Positions 22,619 to 35,528 are shown, counted from the stretch's first letter. The stretch: 64,000 nucleotides of DNA from Macrostomum lignano (GCA_002269645.1 NIVC01001493.1:1-64000), one strand, 5' to 3'. Notes: a model not told the origin generated them from the letters alone. A program made the numbers and translations.

Positions 22619-24399
22619 AAAATTATTATATTAAAAATAAACATTTAGGGCCTAGTGGCCTAGGCTGGGTTACTAATTATATCAATTAAAGAAAAACAAA
22701 GAGAATTTAATTTTGATTTTTATAGGGCCTATTTAATTTTTAACAGTTAATATTAATAGATAGGGCCTAGGCCTAGTATTTTATCAAATCAAGCTAAGCC
22801 TAAGGCTAGGCCTAATGTCAATAGCCTATTGTTTACTATATTCAGTTTAGGTTATTTAGATAAGTTCCATTTTGTCATTAATAATAATAATAATTATTTA
22901 TTACACCTGCCCCAATTAGGCTAGATATGCAATCAATAGCTCAGCCACAGCTTATTGTGTGATACATCTGAAGGCTGCATATGGTTATTTAGTCCAAGGA
23001 CTAAGGGGTCACCATACACACCATTATCATTAAAATATTATTAAAATAGTTAGATAAATAGGTCTAGGGATATCTATGGTCATCTTTAAGATTATGATTA
23101 GCCAATCAGCCTAGTTATCTGGCCTGACTGTGACCTATATAGAAGTTTTTTATTAGGCCTAGATTTAAAATTGTTTGAATACATTTAGATTCTAGGTTAA
23201 GCCTAATTTTTACATAAAATAATTCTTAGACTTAACCTTAAAAAATAAGCCTTAGTCTTAGATTAGCCCTCAATGCAAATAGCATCTAAAAATTCAAAAT
23301 TGGTGTTCATATTATGAATGGAAACATAATAACTGCTTTAATTTATGTAGTAAGCAATTTTCTTATAGGCAATTCACTCATAGGCAAAATGCACTACAAG
23401 CAAACCTTGTCAAACAAATCTCAATGAGAAACTTTACTTTATTTTTAAACTTTTATATATTTTTAAATTTAATTTTTTTTTAACTAAATATAACTTTAGA
23501 AATATCTTGGATGCAAAATTGTATATAGTTATCTAAAAATATAAGTTAGAGCAAATTATTTTAAAGTATAGGCGTAATAGTAGTATTATAGAGAATTGGT
23601 AAAGAATAATTTAGTCTAAGATAGTACATTCTAAGATACATATGGCTATTTTTAGCTGAGGCTAAGGTTGTGTCCTTAGCTTTTAACTTGTGTAAAAGCA
23701 TATTGATTGGCTAGAAATATATTCAAACTAGAAAAAAACTTAAAACTAAAATTGGTCATTGTGGTAAAGAAGTGATAGGTGGTTTATTTTTGGATAATAG
23801 GAATGGTATCATTTCTTGGCTGGCTTCTTTTGTTTTTTTCTAATGTTGTCAGTCTTTCTATATTAGCTTTGAGATCAGAGCCATTAGAGTCCCTTGTAGA
23901 GTCACAAATTTATTTGGTGCAAATTCTTTATTGATTAGATTATTCTCAATGATAATATTTTGCTTCAATAGCTCTTGTTTTATTTATAGTAGAGAATTGA
24001 TAGTTGTTGCCATTAAGGTGACAAAATAGTCTTGGTTGCACTGGTCAATAATGGCTTGATTTGCAATTTGTGCATCTAGATCAGTGCCATCAGGATATTC
24101 TATCAGTATTTCTAGCTTGGCTAACCAGAGATTAGTGGCAAATGATGACAAGATAAGAGGTAAGACTATTTGCATATCCAGGAGCTTTTTGTTTGGTTTT
24201 AACATTGGTTTACATAGCGATTTCAGTCTTTTGCATTGGGAATAATTTAGATACTACTTGACTACTTTTATTGGCTGAGGCTGGGGTTGTGTCCTCAGCT
24301 TTTAAGTTGTAAAAGCGCATTGATTGGCTGAAAATACATTCAAACTGGATAGAAACTTTCATGGCCAAAATGTGTCACTTCAACTCAGCTTAGCTTAGC

Positions 24400-24795
24400 A
24401 ATCCCCACAATTCCCCTCTTACAATTTTGTACAATTCTCCTCATACAATACCCTCATAATTCCCCCTTTCAATGCCCCACAATTCCCCTCTTACAATTTC
24501 GTACAATTCTCCTAGCTTACAATACCCCATAATTCCCCTCTTTCAATACCCCACAATTCCCCTCTTACAATTTCGTACAATTCTCTTACAATACCCCAAA
24601 ATTCCCCTCTTACAATACCCCATTATTCCCCTTTTACGATATCCCACAATTCCCCGCTTACAATACCACATAATTCTTCACTTACAATACCCCAAGATTC
24701 CCTTTTGAAATTCCGTACAGTTTACCTTTTACAATATCCCATAATTCCCCGCTTACAATTCCTTATAATTCCCCTCTTGTAATACCCAGTGATTC
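24400..24795. repeat. Degenerate ~24-bp minisatellite (TTACAATACCCCATAATTCCCCTC)
   Basis: Tandem units ending just upstream of a splice acceptor at 24808. Confidence 0.85.
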
Positions 24796-24808
24796 CCCGC
24801 CATTCCAG

Positions 24809-27208
24809 GCCTCCGACGCCCCCAGCCAAACAGATTTCTCATTCCCCCCGGGCTTCGATTTGTACTCGCTGTCTGGCATAGCCATTTTCCTTGGCGAGCC
24901 CTACTGCCACCGGGAGCTGCCAACCCCGGCCAGGCCCTCCTCTGCCGGGGCTGCCGCCGCTGGCCACCTGCCAGCGCTGTTAAGGCGTCGCCGGCGTCGC
25001 CGACGGTTGATTAGCGATTCGTCCAGCTCTGACGAGGCCGATGAAGAATGGGCCGGGCGAGCTCTGCGTGGCCTCCAGGGTCTGCCGAAGGTGCAGCGAC
25101 TGGACGAGTGCGCAGCCGCGTCCAGGTAGGAATTGAATTGAATATCTTTTCCCTTGCTTTCCTGTTAAAACTGGCGCCTCAGTGTCTTTTCTTCATCTAC
25201 GCTTCCCCTCCCGTTGAAAGCGTTACCGTGACAAGAATAGCTAAGAGTCATTGCAAACAACTCACTAGTGACTCTAGCGACTCTTGTGACTTTAACGAAT
25301 GGGACTCCCGACTGAAAGGTCGAGGGTTCGATTCTCAACCTACTGGAATAATTTGTATTCTTGAGCAAGACACCTAACTCTTGCATTGCTTGAGTTTACC
25401 CAGCTGTAAAATCGGTGCCAGGGGTCTATGAAATTTGCTAGCCGAAATCTGCTAGCCGAAATCTGCTAGCCGAAACCTGCTAGCCGAGGTTTGCTAGCCG
25501 AAATCTGCTATTCCCTTTCAATTTTAAACCCCTTTCACACATCTGTCCAGTGGTCAGGAGGAAGAGAGAGGCGGAGGTTGGGGTGGCTGTCTCGCTGACG
25601 AAAAGCAGACTAACTTTAAAAGTACACAGTGCCGTTCAGAATTAACTTCGAGACTCGAAACTTTATACACGATTGTGTCAAAATAGTTGAAAATTGGATT
25701 GTGTCCAATTTGAAGAGGATTGGTAAAAGTGGAGCGACGCTATAGAGGATTTAGTGAAATTCTTGCGAAACTGGACAAGCAAATTGTCTCTAGCTAATAA
25801 AACTTCCTGAGTTCGGCTAGCCAAATTGCTGCTTGCCGGTTTTGGTTGGATTCTCGCTAGCAGATTTCGGCTAGCTAAATCCTCGCTAGCAAAATTCCTG
25901 CTAGCAACTTTCGGCCAGCAAAATTCCTGCTAGCAAATCTCGGCTAGCAAAATCCTCGCTAGCAAAATTCCTGCTAGCAAGCTTCGGCTAGCAGATTTCG
26001 GCTAGCAGATTTCGGCTAGCAGATTTCGGCTAGCAGATTTCGGCTAGCAGATTTCGGCTAGCAGATTTCGGCTAGCAGATTTCGGCTAGCAGATTTCGGC
26101 TAGCAGATTTCGGCTAGCAGATTTCGGCTAGCAGATTTCGGCTAGCAAATTTCGGCTAGCAGGTTTTGGCTAGCAAATTTCTCGCTAGCAAACTTCGGCT
26201 AGCAGATTTTCTGCTAGCAAATCTCGTACTCCCGGGTGCCAGCATTAGCTGGGGTAATTGAGGATGGATGTGGCGACTCCCCAGTCCTTAGACTGAACAG
26301 CCGTACGCAGCTGCGGCTGAGCTGTCGGTTGCACATCTGGCCCAAATGGGGCAGGTGGAATCAGTAATAATTACTACGAGTATTATACGACTCAAGCGAC
26401 TTTTGAGTCACAAGCGCAGCATGTGAATTGTAGAATCGTAAAAAAATGCCACGAAAAAATTTGTCGCAAAGATGCGCTATGTTAGCGATAAACTTTCTAC
26501 TAACTCAAGCAGACAAAATTAAAACAGAGTTGTTATAAATGCGAAATCCGATTCTAATTCATAGAGTGCCGCAGATGCGCTTTAGACGCAACTCAGGGAT
26601 TCTACAGCGACTCAGAGATACGAATCTACGGCCCCTGAGTCGTTTTTGAGTGGCAGACAATAAAACGCCTCAAATTGACTCTTTGGCGACTTGTACCGCG
26701 AATTAAGTATTTTTATCACCACTCTACTCACAGTAGGCTGCCACTAATTTCACCCACTGTCTGTCTAATAATGTCAAGATCGATGTTTGCGGCTTCGCCG
26801 CCTCCGCACACCCGTCGTCTGTCCTCGCTGCACCTGCTGACCGCCTCGCGAAGTCCCGGCGGTCGTCGGCATCGCCGCTGTCCGGCCGCCATGTCGCTGG
26901 ACTTCGGCGACGATGATGACGACGAAGAGGGCGAAGATGATTCGGCAACTGCCGAGGCCGCCGCCGATGCCGTGGCTTCGTCGTCTGTCCGACCGGTCGA
27001 CAGCGAGATGGACAGCAGCGTTGTCCAAGTCTTCGGCGACAACGGCGACGATGACTATGGCGTCGACGAAAATTCGTTTAGTTTTGAGATGCAGTTCGAC
27101 CCTCCGGCCAGCGACTTGGGTGGCGGCCAGCGGCACTGTCCCATATCGCCCATTCACCTGTCATCGGGCGGTGATGCCAGCGGTGGCAGCTTTGACTGCG
27201 ATGGCTGA
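24809..27208 (+). CDS. Last two exons (24809-25125, 26779-27208) of an unidentified gene with an acidic/low-complexity C-terminus
   Basis: Acceptor CCATTCCAG, donor CCAG|GTAGG, acceptor TCAAG|A. The phase-2 join gives a continuous ASDAPSQTDFSFPPGFDLYSLSGIAIFLGEPYCHRELP...ASR-SMFAASPP...SFDCDG*. GC-rich, coding-like composition. Upstream exons not found. Confidence 0.55.
25303..26360 (+). mobile_element. 5'-truncated tRNA-derived SINE (family 1) interrupted by a DNA transposon
   Basis: 25303-25421 and 26234-26360 join to match the SINE at 49537-49795 (GACTGAAAGG..GGTTCGATT..CTTGAGCAAGACACCT..TGTAAAAT.GGTGCCAGCATT..GTCCTT.GACTGAACAGCCGTACGCAG). Confidence 0.88.
25422..26233. mobile_element. 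Foldback/MULE-like non-autonomous transposon with 9-bp TSD and inverted subterminal 14-bp repeats
   Basis: TIR GGG..TA.GA.ATTTGCTAGC at both ends. TSD CGGTGCCAG (25413-25421) / GGGTGCCAG (26234-26242). GCTAGCCGAAATCT units at the left end and their reverse complement AGATTTCGGCTAGC at the right end. Confidence 0.85.
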
Positions 27209-27329
27209 GAGGCTGGGGCTTGCCCTGTGGGGGTTGGCCGCGATTCTGCTGGACTCGCTGATTGATTGCAGATGCAGCTGAGGCTGGATTCTGATCTCTT
27301 AAATTTGGTCTGGTCTCCGCCCTGTCCCC

Positions 27330-27900
27330 TTGCCCCTCCTCACCCCTCGCCTCTCATCTCCCCTCCTCTCCTATCTTCTCTCTTCTCCTCTCATCTCTTC
27401 TCTTCTCCTCTCTCCTTTCTCTTTTCCTCTCCTCTCTTCTCGTCTCTTCTCCTCTCCTCTCCTCTCTTCTCTCTTTTCCTTCTCCTCTCATCTCTTCTCT
27501 TCTCCTCTCTCCTTTCTCTTTTCCTCTCCTCTCTTCTCGTCTCTTCTCCTCTCCTCTCCTCTCTTCTCTCTTTTCCTTCTCCTCTCATCTCTTCTCTTCT
27601 CCTCTCTCCTTTCTCTTTTCCTCTCCTCTCATCTCTTCTCTTCTCCTCTCTCCTTTCTCTTTTCCTCTCCTCTCATCTCTTCTCTTCTCCTCTCTCCTTT
27701 CTCTTTTCCTCTCCTCTCTTCTCTTCTCGTCTCTTCTCTCCTCTCCTCTCCTCTCTTCTCTCTTTTCCTTCTCCTCTCATCTCTTCTCTTCTCCTCTCTC
27801 CTTTCTCTTTTCCTCTCCTCTCTTCTCTTCTCGTCTCTTCTCTCCTCTCCTCTCGTCTCCTCTCCTCTCCATCTCTCATTTATCATTCTTTCTCTCTTTT
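27330..27900. repeat. Polypyrimidine (TCTCC/TCTCTT) low-complexity repeat
   Basis: Almost purely C/T on the + strand, with higher-order repetition. Confidence 0.95.
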
Positions 27901-28479
27901 CCTCTACTTTCCCATTTCTAATCTCATATTTGATGTTATGAGATAAAATATCCCATTAACCTCCCGGACAGCAACATCTGGCAGTGGTGCATATTCCGAT
28001 CTCAATCAGTGTTGCAAGCAAGAATCGCACTAGATCTGCCTCCCCTCAGCTCTCTACAAAAATTGTCCACTTGGTTTATACAAAACCCTGCTCATCACTT
28101 TGAACAATCTGCACGATTGAGTATACGAGAGGAAACCCCTCCCAGAACTCTATTTAAAAGCCCTATTGACCTATTGTTTAGCTGTTGCAAATATGTGCTT
28201 GCATTTAAATGAGGCTATTAATCTTTTCTGACTTATAGTTGCATATTTAGTTTTGCAGTCGGTTACAAGCGGAAGTGCTATCAATGTATTTTTAATTCTT
28301 TTACAAATAGAAAGCTAATTGAAATCTGATTTGGATCGCATTTCCTGCCTGCCATGTTTGTCTTCGATGTGCGTTTTTAAGTTAAATAAATTACTACTTT
28401 TAATCTGGTACTGAATTGTTTTTTTCGCCTGGGATTTTCTGAAAACTAACCTTTCAAAACTTGCCCCACTTTGACCTTG

Positions 28480-29455
28480 TACTACCCTCTGGAATCGTCC
28501 CTAAAATACCCTCTGGAATTGCCCCTAAAATACCCTATAGAATCGCCCCTAAACTACCCTATAGAATCGCCCTAAACTACCCTCCTGAATCGCCCCTAAA
28601 CTACCCTATAGAATCGCCCTAAACTACCCTCCTGAATTGCCCCTAAACTACCCTATAGAATCGCCCCTAAACTACGCTATAGAATCGCCTCTAAACTACC
28701 CTATAGAATCGCCCCTAAACTACCCTCCTGAATCGCCCCTAAACTACCCTATAGAATCGCCCCTAAACTACCCTATAGAATCGCCCCTAAACTACGCCAT
28801 AGAATCGCCTCTAAACTACCCTCTGGAATCGCCCCGAAACTACCCTATAAAATCGCCCCTAAACTACCCTATAGAATCGCCCCTAAACTACCCTATAGAA
28901 TCGCCCTAAACTACCCTCCTGAATCGCCCCTAAACTACCCTCCTGAATTGCCCCTAAACTACCCTATAGAATCGCCCCTAAACTACGCTATAGAATCGCC
29001 TCTAAACTACCCTATAGAATCGCCCCTAAACTACCCTCCTGAATCGCCCCTAAACTACCCTATAGAATCGCCCCTAAACTACCCTATAGAATCGCCCCTA
29101 AACTACGCCATAGAATCGCCTCTAAACTACCCTCTGGAATCGCCCCGAAACTACCCTATAAAATCGCCCCTAAACTACGCTATAGAATCGCCCCTAAACT
29201 ACCCTATAGAATCGCCCTAAACTACCCTCCTGAATCGCCCTAAACTACCCTCCTGAATTGCCCTTAAACTACCCTCTGGAATCGCCCCTAAACTACCCTA
29301 TAGAATCGCCCCTAAACTACCCTATAGAATCGCCCCTAAACTACCCTATAGAATTGCCCCTAAACAACCCTCTGGAATCGCATCTAAACTACCCTATAGA
29401 ATCGCCCCTAAACTACGCTATAGAATCACCCTTAAACAACCCTCTGGAATCGCCA
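28480..29455. repeat. 24-bp minisatellite (CCCTATAGAATCGCCCCTAAACTA) with ~311-bp higher-order duplication
   Basis: Tandem units; near-identical ORF translations start at 28637 and 28948. Confidence 0.95.
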
Positions 29456-29831
29456 GAACGGGAATTGATCGCAGACATTCGACAGCTTCCTAACCTCAAT
29501 TAGGTCAATTCCTGTTCAATGGCGGTGTGAAACAAAAGCCAAGACAATCGATGGTATTTCAGAGTTGCTGCTATGCAGGCTAAAACAGCATGGAATAGGA
29601 TTGCAAAGCAAGCGCCCCAGGAGCGGTGCGGTGCTCAGATTTCCGAGTCTTCAATAAAGAGTAGCAGCGGAGAGGAAGATAAACAAAACCATGAGCTTGG
29701 CTCTGAGCTGGTTATCTTATCTTTTGAGACTTTTAGCTATGCCCGCGGCAAAGCAGAGCTGCGTCTTAGCTATATAGCAAGAAGAGAAGAAACGATGCAG
29801 CATACTCTGGGCTTGTGCGACTCACTCAATC

Positions 29832-32800
29832 ATGGGTAATAACCATTCTTCAAAGTCGAAGCAGAAGGTGCAGATATCGTCGGCTTTAGTGGAAGCTTCG
29901 TCTGGGCATCGCGGCGGATCAGGCTCTGATCAGAGGCGCTCGTTGCCTGTTGCCGAGGCAGATTCGATGCAGTATCGACAGCAAGTAGGGACACAGCAGC
30001 AGCAACAACAGTCGCCAAAAGTCCAACCGAGACAGCATCCGCCTCACAGCGCCGGCGCTGCAGGTGTTCGGCACTCGATTGCAACGGCAACAGTTGGCAA
30101 TTCCACAATGTCAGCCGATGTACAGCTGGTTCTCAGCCAGCTGATCGAGAAGAAGCCAAAGTACAGCTTGTTGAAGCAGTTGGACTTTAGCGAGTTGGAC
30201 GAGAGAGCCAGGTTTGTCGTGTTCGAGGCGGCCTGCGACCTGCTGGACCAGGCCAAGACCATCGACAGTCTGCGCGAGGAGCGCCAGATGATGCGCAGCA
30301 ACTTCAATGTTGTGCGCAGGGTGGCTTCTATTGATCACCTGGACAATCCCAGGCATCGCAGGGTCGCTTCTCAGGTAAGGCCGATGTAACTCAAATCTCA
30401 ACTCAACTCAACTCAACTCAAAACCCTAACCTCCCAAATCCCAATCCCTAACCTCTCAAATCCCAATCCCTTACTTCCCAAATCCCAATCCCTAACCTCC
30501 CAAATCCCAATCCCTAACCTCCCAAATCCCAATCCCTAACCTCCCAAATCCCAATCCCTAACCTCCCAAATCCCAATCCCTTACCTCCCAAATCCCAATC
30601 CCTAACCTCCCAAATCCCAATCCCTAACCTCCCAAATCCCAATCCCTAACCTCCCAAATCCCAATCCCTAACCTCCCAAATCCCAATCCCTAACCTCCCA
30701 AATCCCAATCCCTAACCTCCCAAATCCCAATCCCTTACCTCCCAAATCCCAATCCCTAACCTCCCAAATCCCAATCCCTAACCTCCCAAATCCCAATCCC
30801 TAACCTCCCAAATCCCAATCCCTAACCTCCCAAATCCCAATCCCTAACCTCCCAAATCCCAATCCCTTACCTCCCAAATCCCAATCCCTTACCTCCCAAA
30901 TCCCAATCCCTAACCTCCAAAATCCCAATCCCTAACCTCCCAAATCCCAATCCCTAACCTCCCAAATCCCAATCCCTAACCTCCAAAATCCCAATCCCTA
31001 ACCTCCCAAATCCCAATCCCTAACCTCCCAAATCCCAATCCCTAACCTCCCAAATCCCAATCCCTAACCTCCCAAATCCCAATCCCTTACCTCCCAAATC
31101 CCAATCCCTAACCTCCCAAATCCCAATCCCTTACCTCCCAAATCCCAATCCCTAACATCCGAAATCCCAATCGGAATTCCACATCCTTAGGAGCTGGCCA
31201 GCTGCATCCAGCAGGAACTGCAACGCCGACCTCCGCGCCTGACCTCCCCGACAACAGCAGCCGCCGCCGAAGCTGATCCAGCTTCCCCAGCCTCATCGTC
31301 CAGTGGGATGCTAGGTGACCTAATCCGATCCTACCTGCAGCTGGAGCGGCAGTTTGTTGAGCAGATCAGACAGGAGTTGCTGAGCAGACGTGGCCTGTTC
31401 GCCGACGGAGTTCAAGCCTGTCGGGCGGTGCACCGCCTGCTGGCCGACATGCTCGAAGCTGCCGAAGGTTTGCATCGGCGTCGTGTTGAAGAGCTCGTGC
31501 AGACTGTGACCAGCCCCACCGAGGCCAGCGGGACGCAGGTTATTGCTGAAATATTTTGCTTGATTTCTATTGGAGTGCTGACTGAAAACATCCATGTAAA
31601 TGCTAGGTCTAAATGGTGAAGAGATGAGACACCTGTAATAGATGATGACACCTGGGGAAGGGATGAGACACCTGGGAAAGGAAGATGAGACACCTGGGGA
31701 AGGGAGATGAGACACCTGGGTAAGGGAGATGAGACACCTGGGTAAGGGAGATGAGACACCTGCGATAGGTGATGAGACACCTGGGATAGGTGATGAGACA
31801 CCTGGGGAAGGGAGGCAAGACACCTGGAATGGGTGATGAGACACCTGGGATAGGGGATGAGACACCTGGGATAGATGATGAGACACCTGGGATAGGTGAT
31901 GAGACACCTGGGATAGGGGATGAGACACCTGGGATAGGGGATGAGACACCTGGGATAGGTGATGAGACACCTGGGGAAGGGAGGCAAGACACCTGGAATG
32001 GGTGATGAGACACCTGGGATAGGGGATGAGACACCTGGGATAGATGATGAGACACCTGGGATAGGTGATGAGACACCTGGGATAGGGGATGAGACACCTG
32101 GGATAGGGGATGAGACACCTGGGATAGGGGATGAGACACCTGGGATAGGTGATGAGACACCTGGGATAGGTGATGAGACACCTGGGGAAGGGATGAGGCA
32201 CCTGGGAAAGGTGATGAGACACCTGGGGAAGGGATGAGGCACCTGGGAAAGGAAGATGAGACACCTGGGAAGGGAGATGAGACACCTGGGTAAGGGAGAT
32301 AAGACACCTGGGATAGATGATGAGACGCCTGGGATAGGTGATGAGACACCTGGGATAGGGGATGAGACACCTGGGATAGGGGATGAGACACCTGGGATAG
32401 GGGATGAGACACCTGGGATAGGTGATGAGACACCTGGGATAGGTGATGAGACACCTGGGGAAGGGATGAGGCACCTGGGAAAGGTGATGAGACACCTGGG
32501 GAAGGGATGAGGCACCTGGGAAAGGAAGATGAGACACCTGGGAAGGGAGATGAGACACCTGGGTAAGGGAGATAAGACACCTGGGATGGGTGATGAGACA
32601 CCTGGGATAGGTGATGAGACACCTGGGAGAGGTGATGAGACACCTGGGATAGGTGATAAGACACCTGTGATAGATGGTAAGACACCTGGGATGGATGATG
32701 AGACACCTGGGATAGATGATGAGACACCTGGGATAGGTGATAAGACACCTGTGATAGATGGTAAGACACCTGGGATAGATGATGAGACACCTGGGATAGA

Positions 32801-33653
32801 TGATGAGACACCTGGGATAGGTGATAAGACACCTGGGATAGATAATGAGACACCTGTGATAGGTGATGAGACACCTGGGATAGATGATGAGACACCTGGG
32901 ATAGGTGATGAGACACCTGGGATAGATGATGATACACCTGGGATAGGTGATAAGACACCTGTGATAGATGGTAAGACACCTGGGATAGGTGATAAGACAC
33001 CTGTGATAGGTGATGAGACACCTGGGATAGGTGATAAGACACCTGTGACAGGTGGTAAGACACCTTGGGGATGAGACACCTGGGGGAGGGAGATAAGACG
33101 CTTAGGGGAGGGAGATGAGATACCTGGGGTATTGAGGTAGGGTAAATTACCTGGACAAGGGGTGAGATACCTGTTAATAGTAAATTACGTTAGCAATGAC
33201 GCTAAGCTGCGCTGCTAATAGCTATGCTCAATATTTATTTAACAGGTACTTCGAGCCCGTCTGACACTGCCAACGGAGGAGGGCAAAGCCATCCGCGACT
33301 CGGTCAAGAGGCTGCTGTCCCAGTCCAGCAGTCTCTGCCAGATGCCCTGGGACAGCCTGGTGGATCCCAGCCAACACCCGCAGTTCCGTCAGCTTCCAAG
33401 CAGCAGTGCGGCCTTTTTAAACGCTTGCTCTGCCTGGTGCTGGCGGGCCGTCTGCTCCAGCCTCGCCAGGGTGACCATCGTTCCGGCCGAGGAGGGCGCC
33501 CCGTTTCGTCAGGAGTTGCACCGCTGCGAGCTGGGGCTGGGCGTCGGCCGGCCAGTCGCCTGCTGCCTGTGGCCAATGCTGAGGCAGGGCCGCACCGTGA
33601 TCTGCAAGGCTCTGGTGCAGACCGCGCCGGTGCTGGGACCTATTCGCGATTGA
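29832..33653 (+). CDS. MIEAP/SPATA18 C-terminal-domain-like protein with putative N-myristoylation, 3 exons, 432 aa
   Basis: Exons 29832-30374, 31191-31538 and 33246-33653, all phase 0 with GT-AG. N-terminus MGNNHS (MGxxxS). C-terminus ACSAWCWRAV...FRQELH...VACCLWPMLRQGRTVICKALVQT resembles the MIEAP pattern (W...F....H/Y....V.WP.L....V..KG.V). The domain call is from memory. Confidence 0.7.
30420..31170. repeat. 22-bp minisatellite (CCTAACCTCCCAAATCCCAATC) filling intron 1 of the MIEAP-like gene
   Basis: About 33 near-perfect units containing no G. Confidence 0.97.
31620..33125. repeat. 21-bp minisatellite (GATGAGACACCTGGGATAGGT) in intron 2 of the MIEAP-like gene
   Basis: Tandem units with higher-order blocks. 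Confidence 0.95.
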
Positions 33654-34010
33654 TTGATTGATCGATATTGATATTTATTTGATACGGCTGTCTCTGTGCA
33701 CTTTGATAGCCTGTTGTGGCTTTAGGTTTATAGATTGGTTGGTTAAATGATTGTTTGACTGATTAATTGATTGATTTATTTATTGATTGACTGATTGATT
33801 GATTTATTGATTGATTGATTGTTTGATTGATTTATTGATTGATTTATTAATTGATTTATTGATTGATTGATTGTTTGATTGATTTATTGATTGTTTGATT
33901 GATTTATTGATTAACTGATTGATTCATTGATTGATCAATTGTTTGAATGATTTATTGACTAATTGGTTGATTGGTTGATGCATTCAATGGTTTATCAATT
34001 GATTGATTAA
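33650..34010. repeat. Degenerate (ATTG)n microsatellite beginning at the stop codon
   Basis: GAT TGA TTGATTGAT... continues directly from the stop codon. Confidence 0.9.
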
Positions 34011-34679
34011 TAAGATTGCAGACTGGCTCAGTTAGCTAAGGCGTCAGACCCTTTCTCTAAGGTTAAACCGAGGCTGGATTCCAAATCAAATAATTTGAGA
34101 ATCAGGAATCTGAGCTTTCACTTATCCGTCCAGTTGTAGACTTTAGGGGCCAGCGATCCAGCGATGAAATTGGCCAACCGTTTTCGAGTTTCGAGTCATG
34201 AGTGCACTAAGTATTTATTGATTAATTATTAGATTGACACAATATGCAGTAGATATTGAAATTAGTGGTTAATCAATTTCTTAATGTATAGCATCGATAT
34301 TTTGATTAATTGCTTGAGTAATAGGTACATTGATTGAGGTACATTCAACGGGTACATTGATTAATTGAAGAGATTGAAAACTTTAAAGTAAGGGGACAAA
34401 TATGCCGTTGTCTGTGTTTTGTTTGACGCAAATTACTCAACATTTATCATATCTTTTTGTCTTTTTCTCAAGGTTAATTTATCATTAGACTGTAAAAAAA
34501 TGTGCATCATTTTTGTCAATCTTTAAAGTTGAAGTCAGTAGTGTCTGAAAAGTATTGTAAACTTTTTATGTGCCTTTTATATAAGTTTTATTTTAATGTC
34601 TATAACGTATTTGCTGACTAGTTTAAAGGTTTTTGTCACAATTCTAGTACTGTATTGTCTTTTTTAAGTGGTGGGTTAA

Positions 34680-35030
34680 TTGGGTGTGGTGTGGGGTGAG
34701 GCACAGATAATGGGGTGGCGGGTGAGGCGCAAATAATGGGGTGGTGGGTGAGGCGCAAATAATGGGTGGTGGGTGAGGCGCAAATAATGGGGTGGTGGGT
34801 GAGGCGCAACTAATGGGGTGGTGGGTGAGGCGCAGATAGTGGCGTGGTGGGTGAGGCGCAGACATGGGGTGGTGGGTGAGGCACAAATAATGGGGTGGTG
34901 GGTGAGGCACAGATAATGGGGTGGTGGCTGAGGCACAGATAATGGGGTGGTGGCTGAGGCACAGATAATGGGGTGGTGGCTGAGGCACAGATAATGGGGT
35001 AGTGGGTGAGGTGCAGACAGCAAGACGGGG
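34680..35030. repeat. ~26-bp minisatellite (GGGTGAGGCRCARATAATGGGGTGGT)
   Basis: Tandem units read directly. Confidence 0.9.
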
Positions 35031-35528
35031 TGGTGCAAGGCATGTCTAGAATTGCATGAGACTTCCTTCCGACTTTAAATAAAAGTGCAGATGCACTAAA
35101 AGAGGAGTCGCAACTTTTAGGGTAATTATTTAAATTGAAGCTTTAAATTATATTGGTGTCATAATTTAGAAAATTGGATCCGATGAGGTAAAAACCTTTG
35201 CCAAAGCCGACTCCTTTTGCCATCGCCAAAAGACCAATCATTTTGTTGAATAATGGCAATAATTGGATTTTCTTGCAAACCACCTTTAATAGGAGCTCAG
35301 GTGTCGAAAATTTCAGTGCTCTTCTGTCTCCTCTTGCTTTTTTCAATTATTTTTCAACCAAACACCAGAGGCTACTCAAGTTTATTCATTTCCGGTTCGT
35401 TCTCTAATCAAACGCTTCCGCTGTCTGTCCCGTGGAATCTGCCATCGAAGGTTTCCATATAAAGACAAGCTTCATCTCTTTTGGCTCAGAAAGGCTGCAG
35501 CCATCCTCAATCATCGACTTGGTCCGAG

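Noticed and set aside
24809-24825. CTCCGACGCCCCC as a transposon end
   Set aside because: Better explained as the in-frame start of the exon after the acceptor at 24808; no partner TIR found.
31320-33079. 412-, 484- and 555-aa minus-strand ORFs
   Set aside because: Intronic 21-bp array of the plus-strand MIEAP-like gene; the ORFs are purely repetitive.
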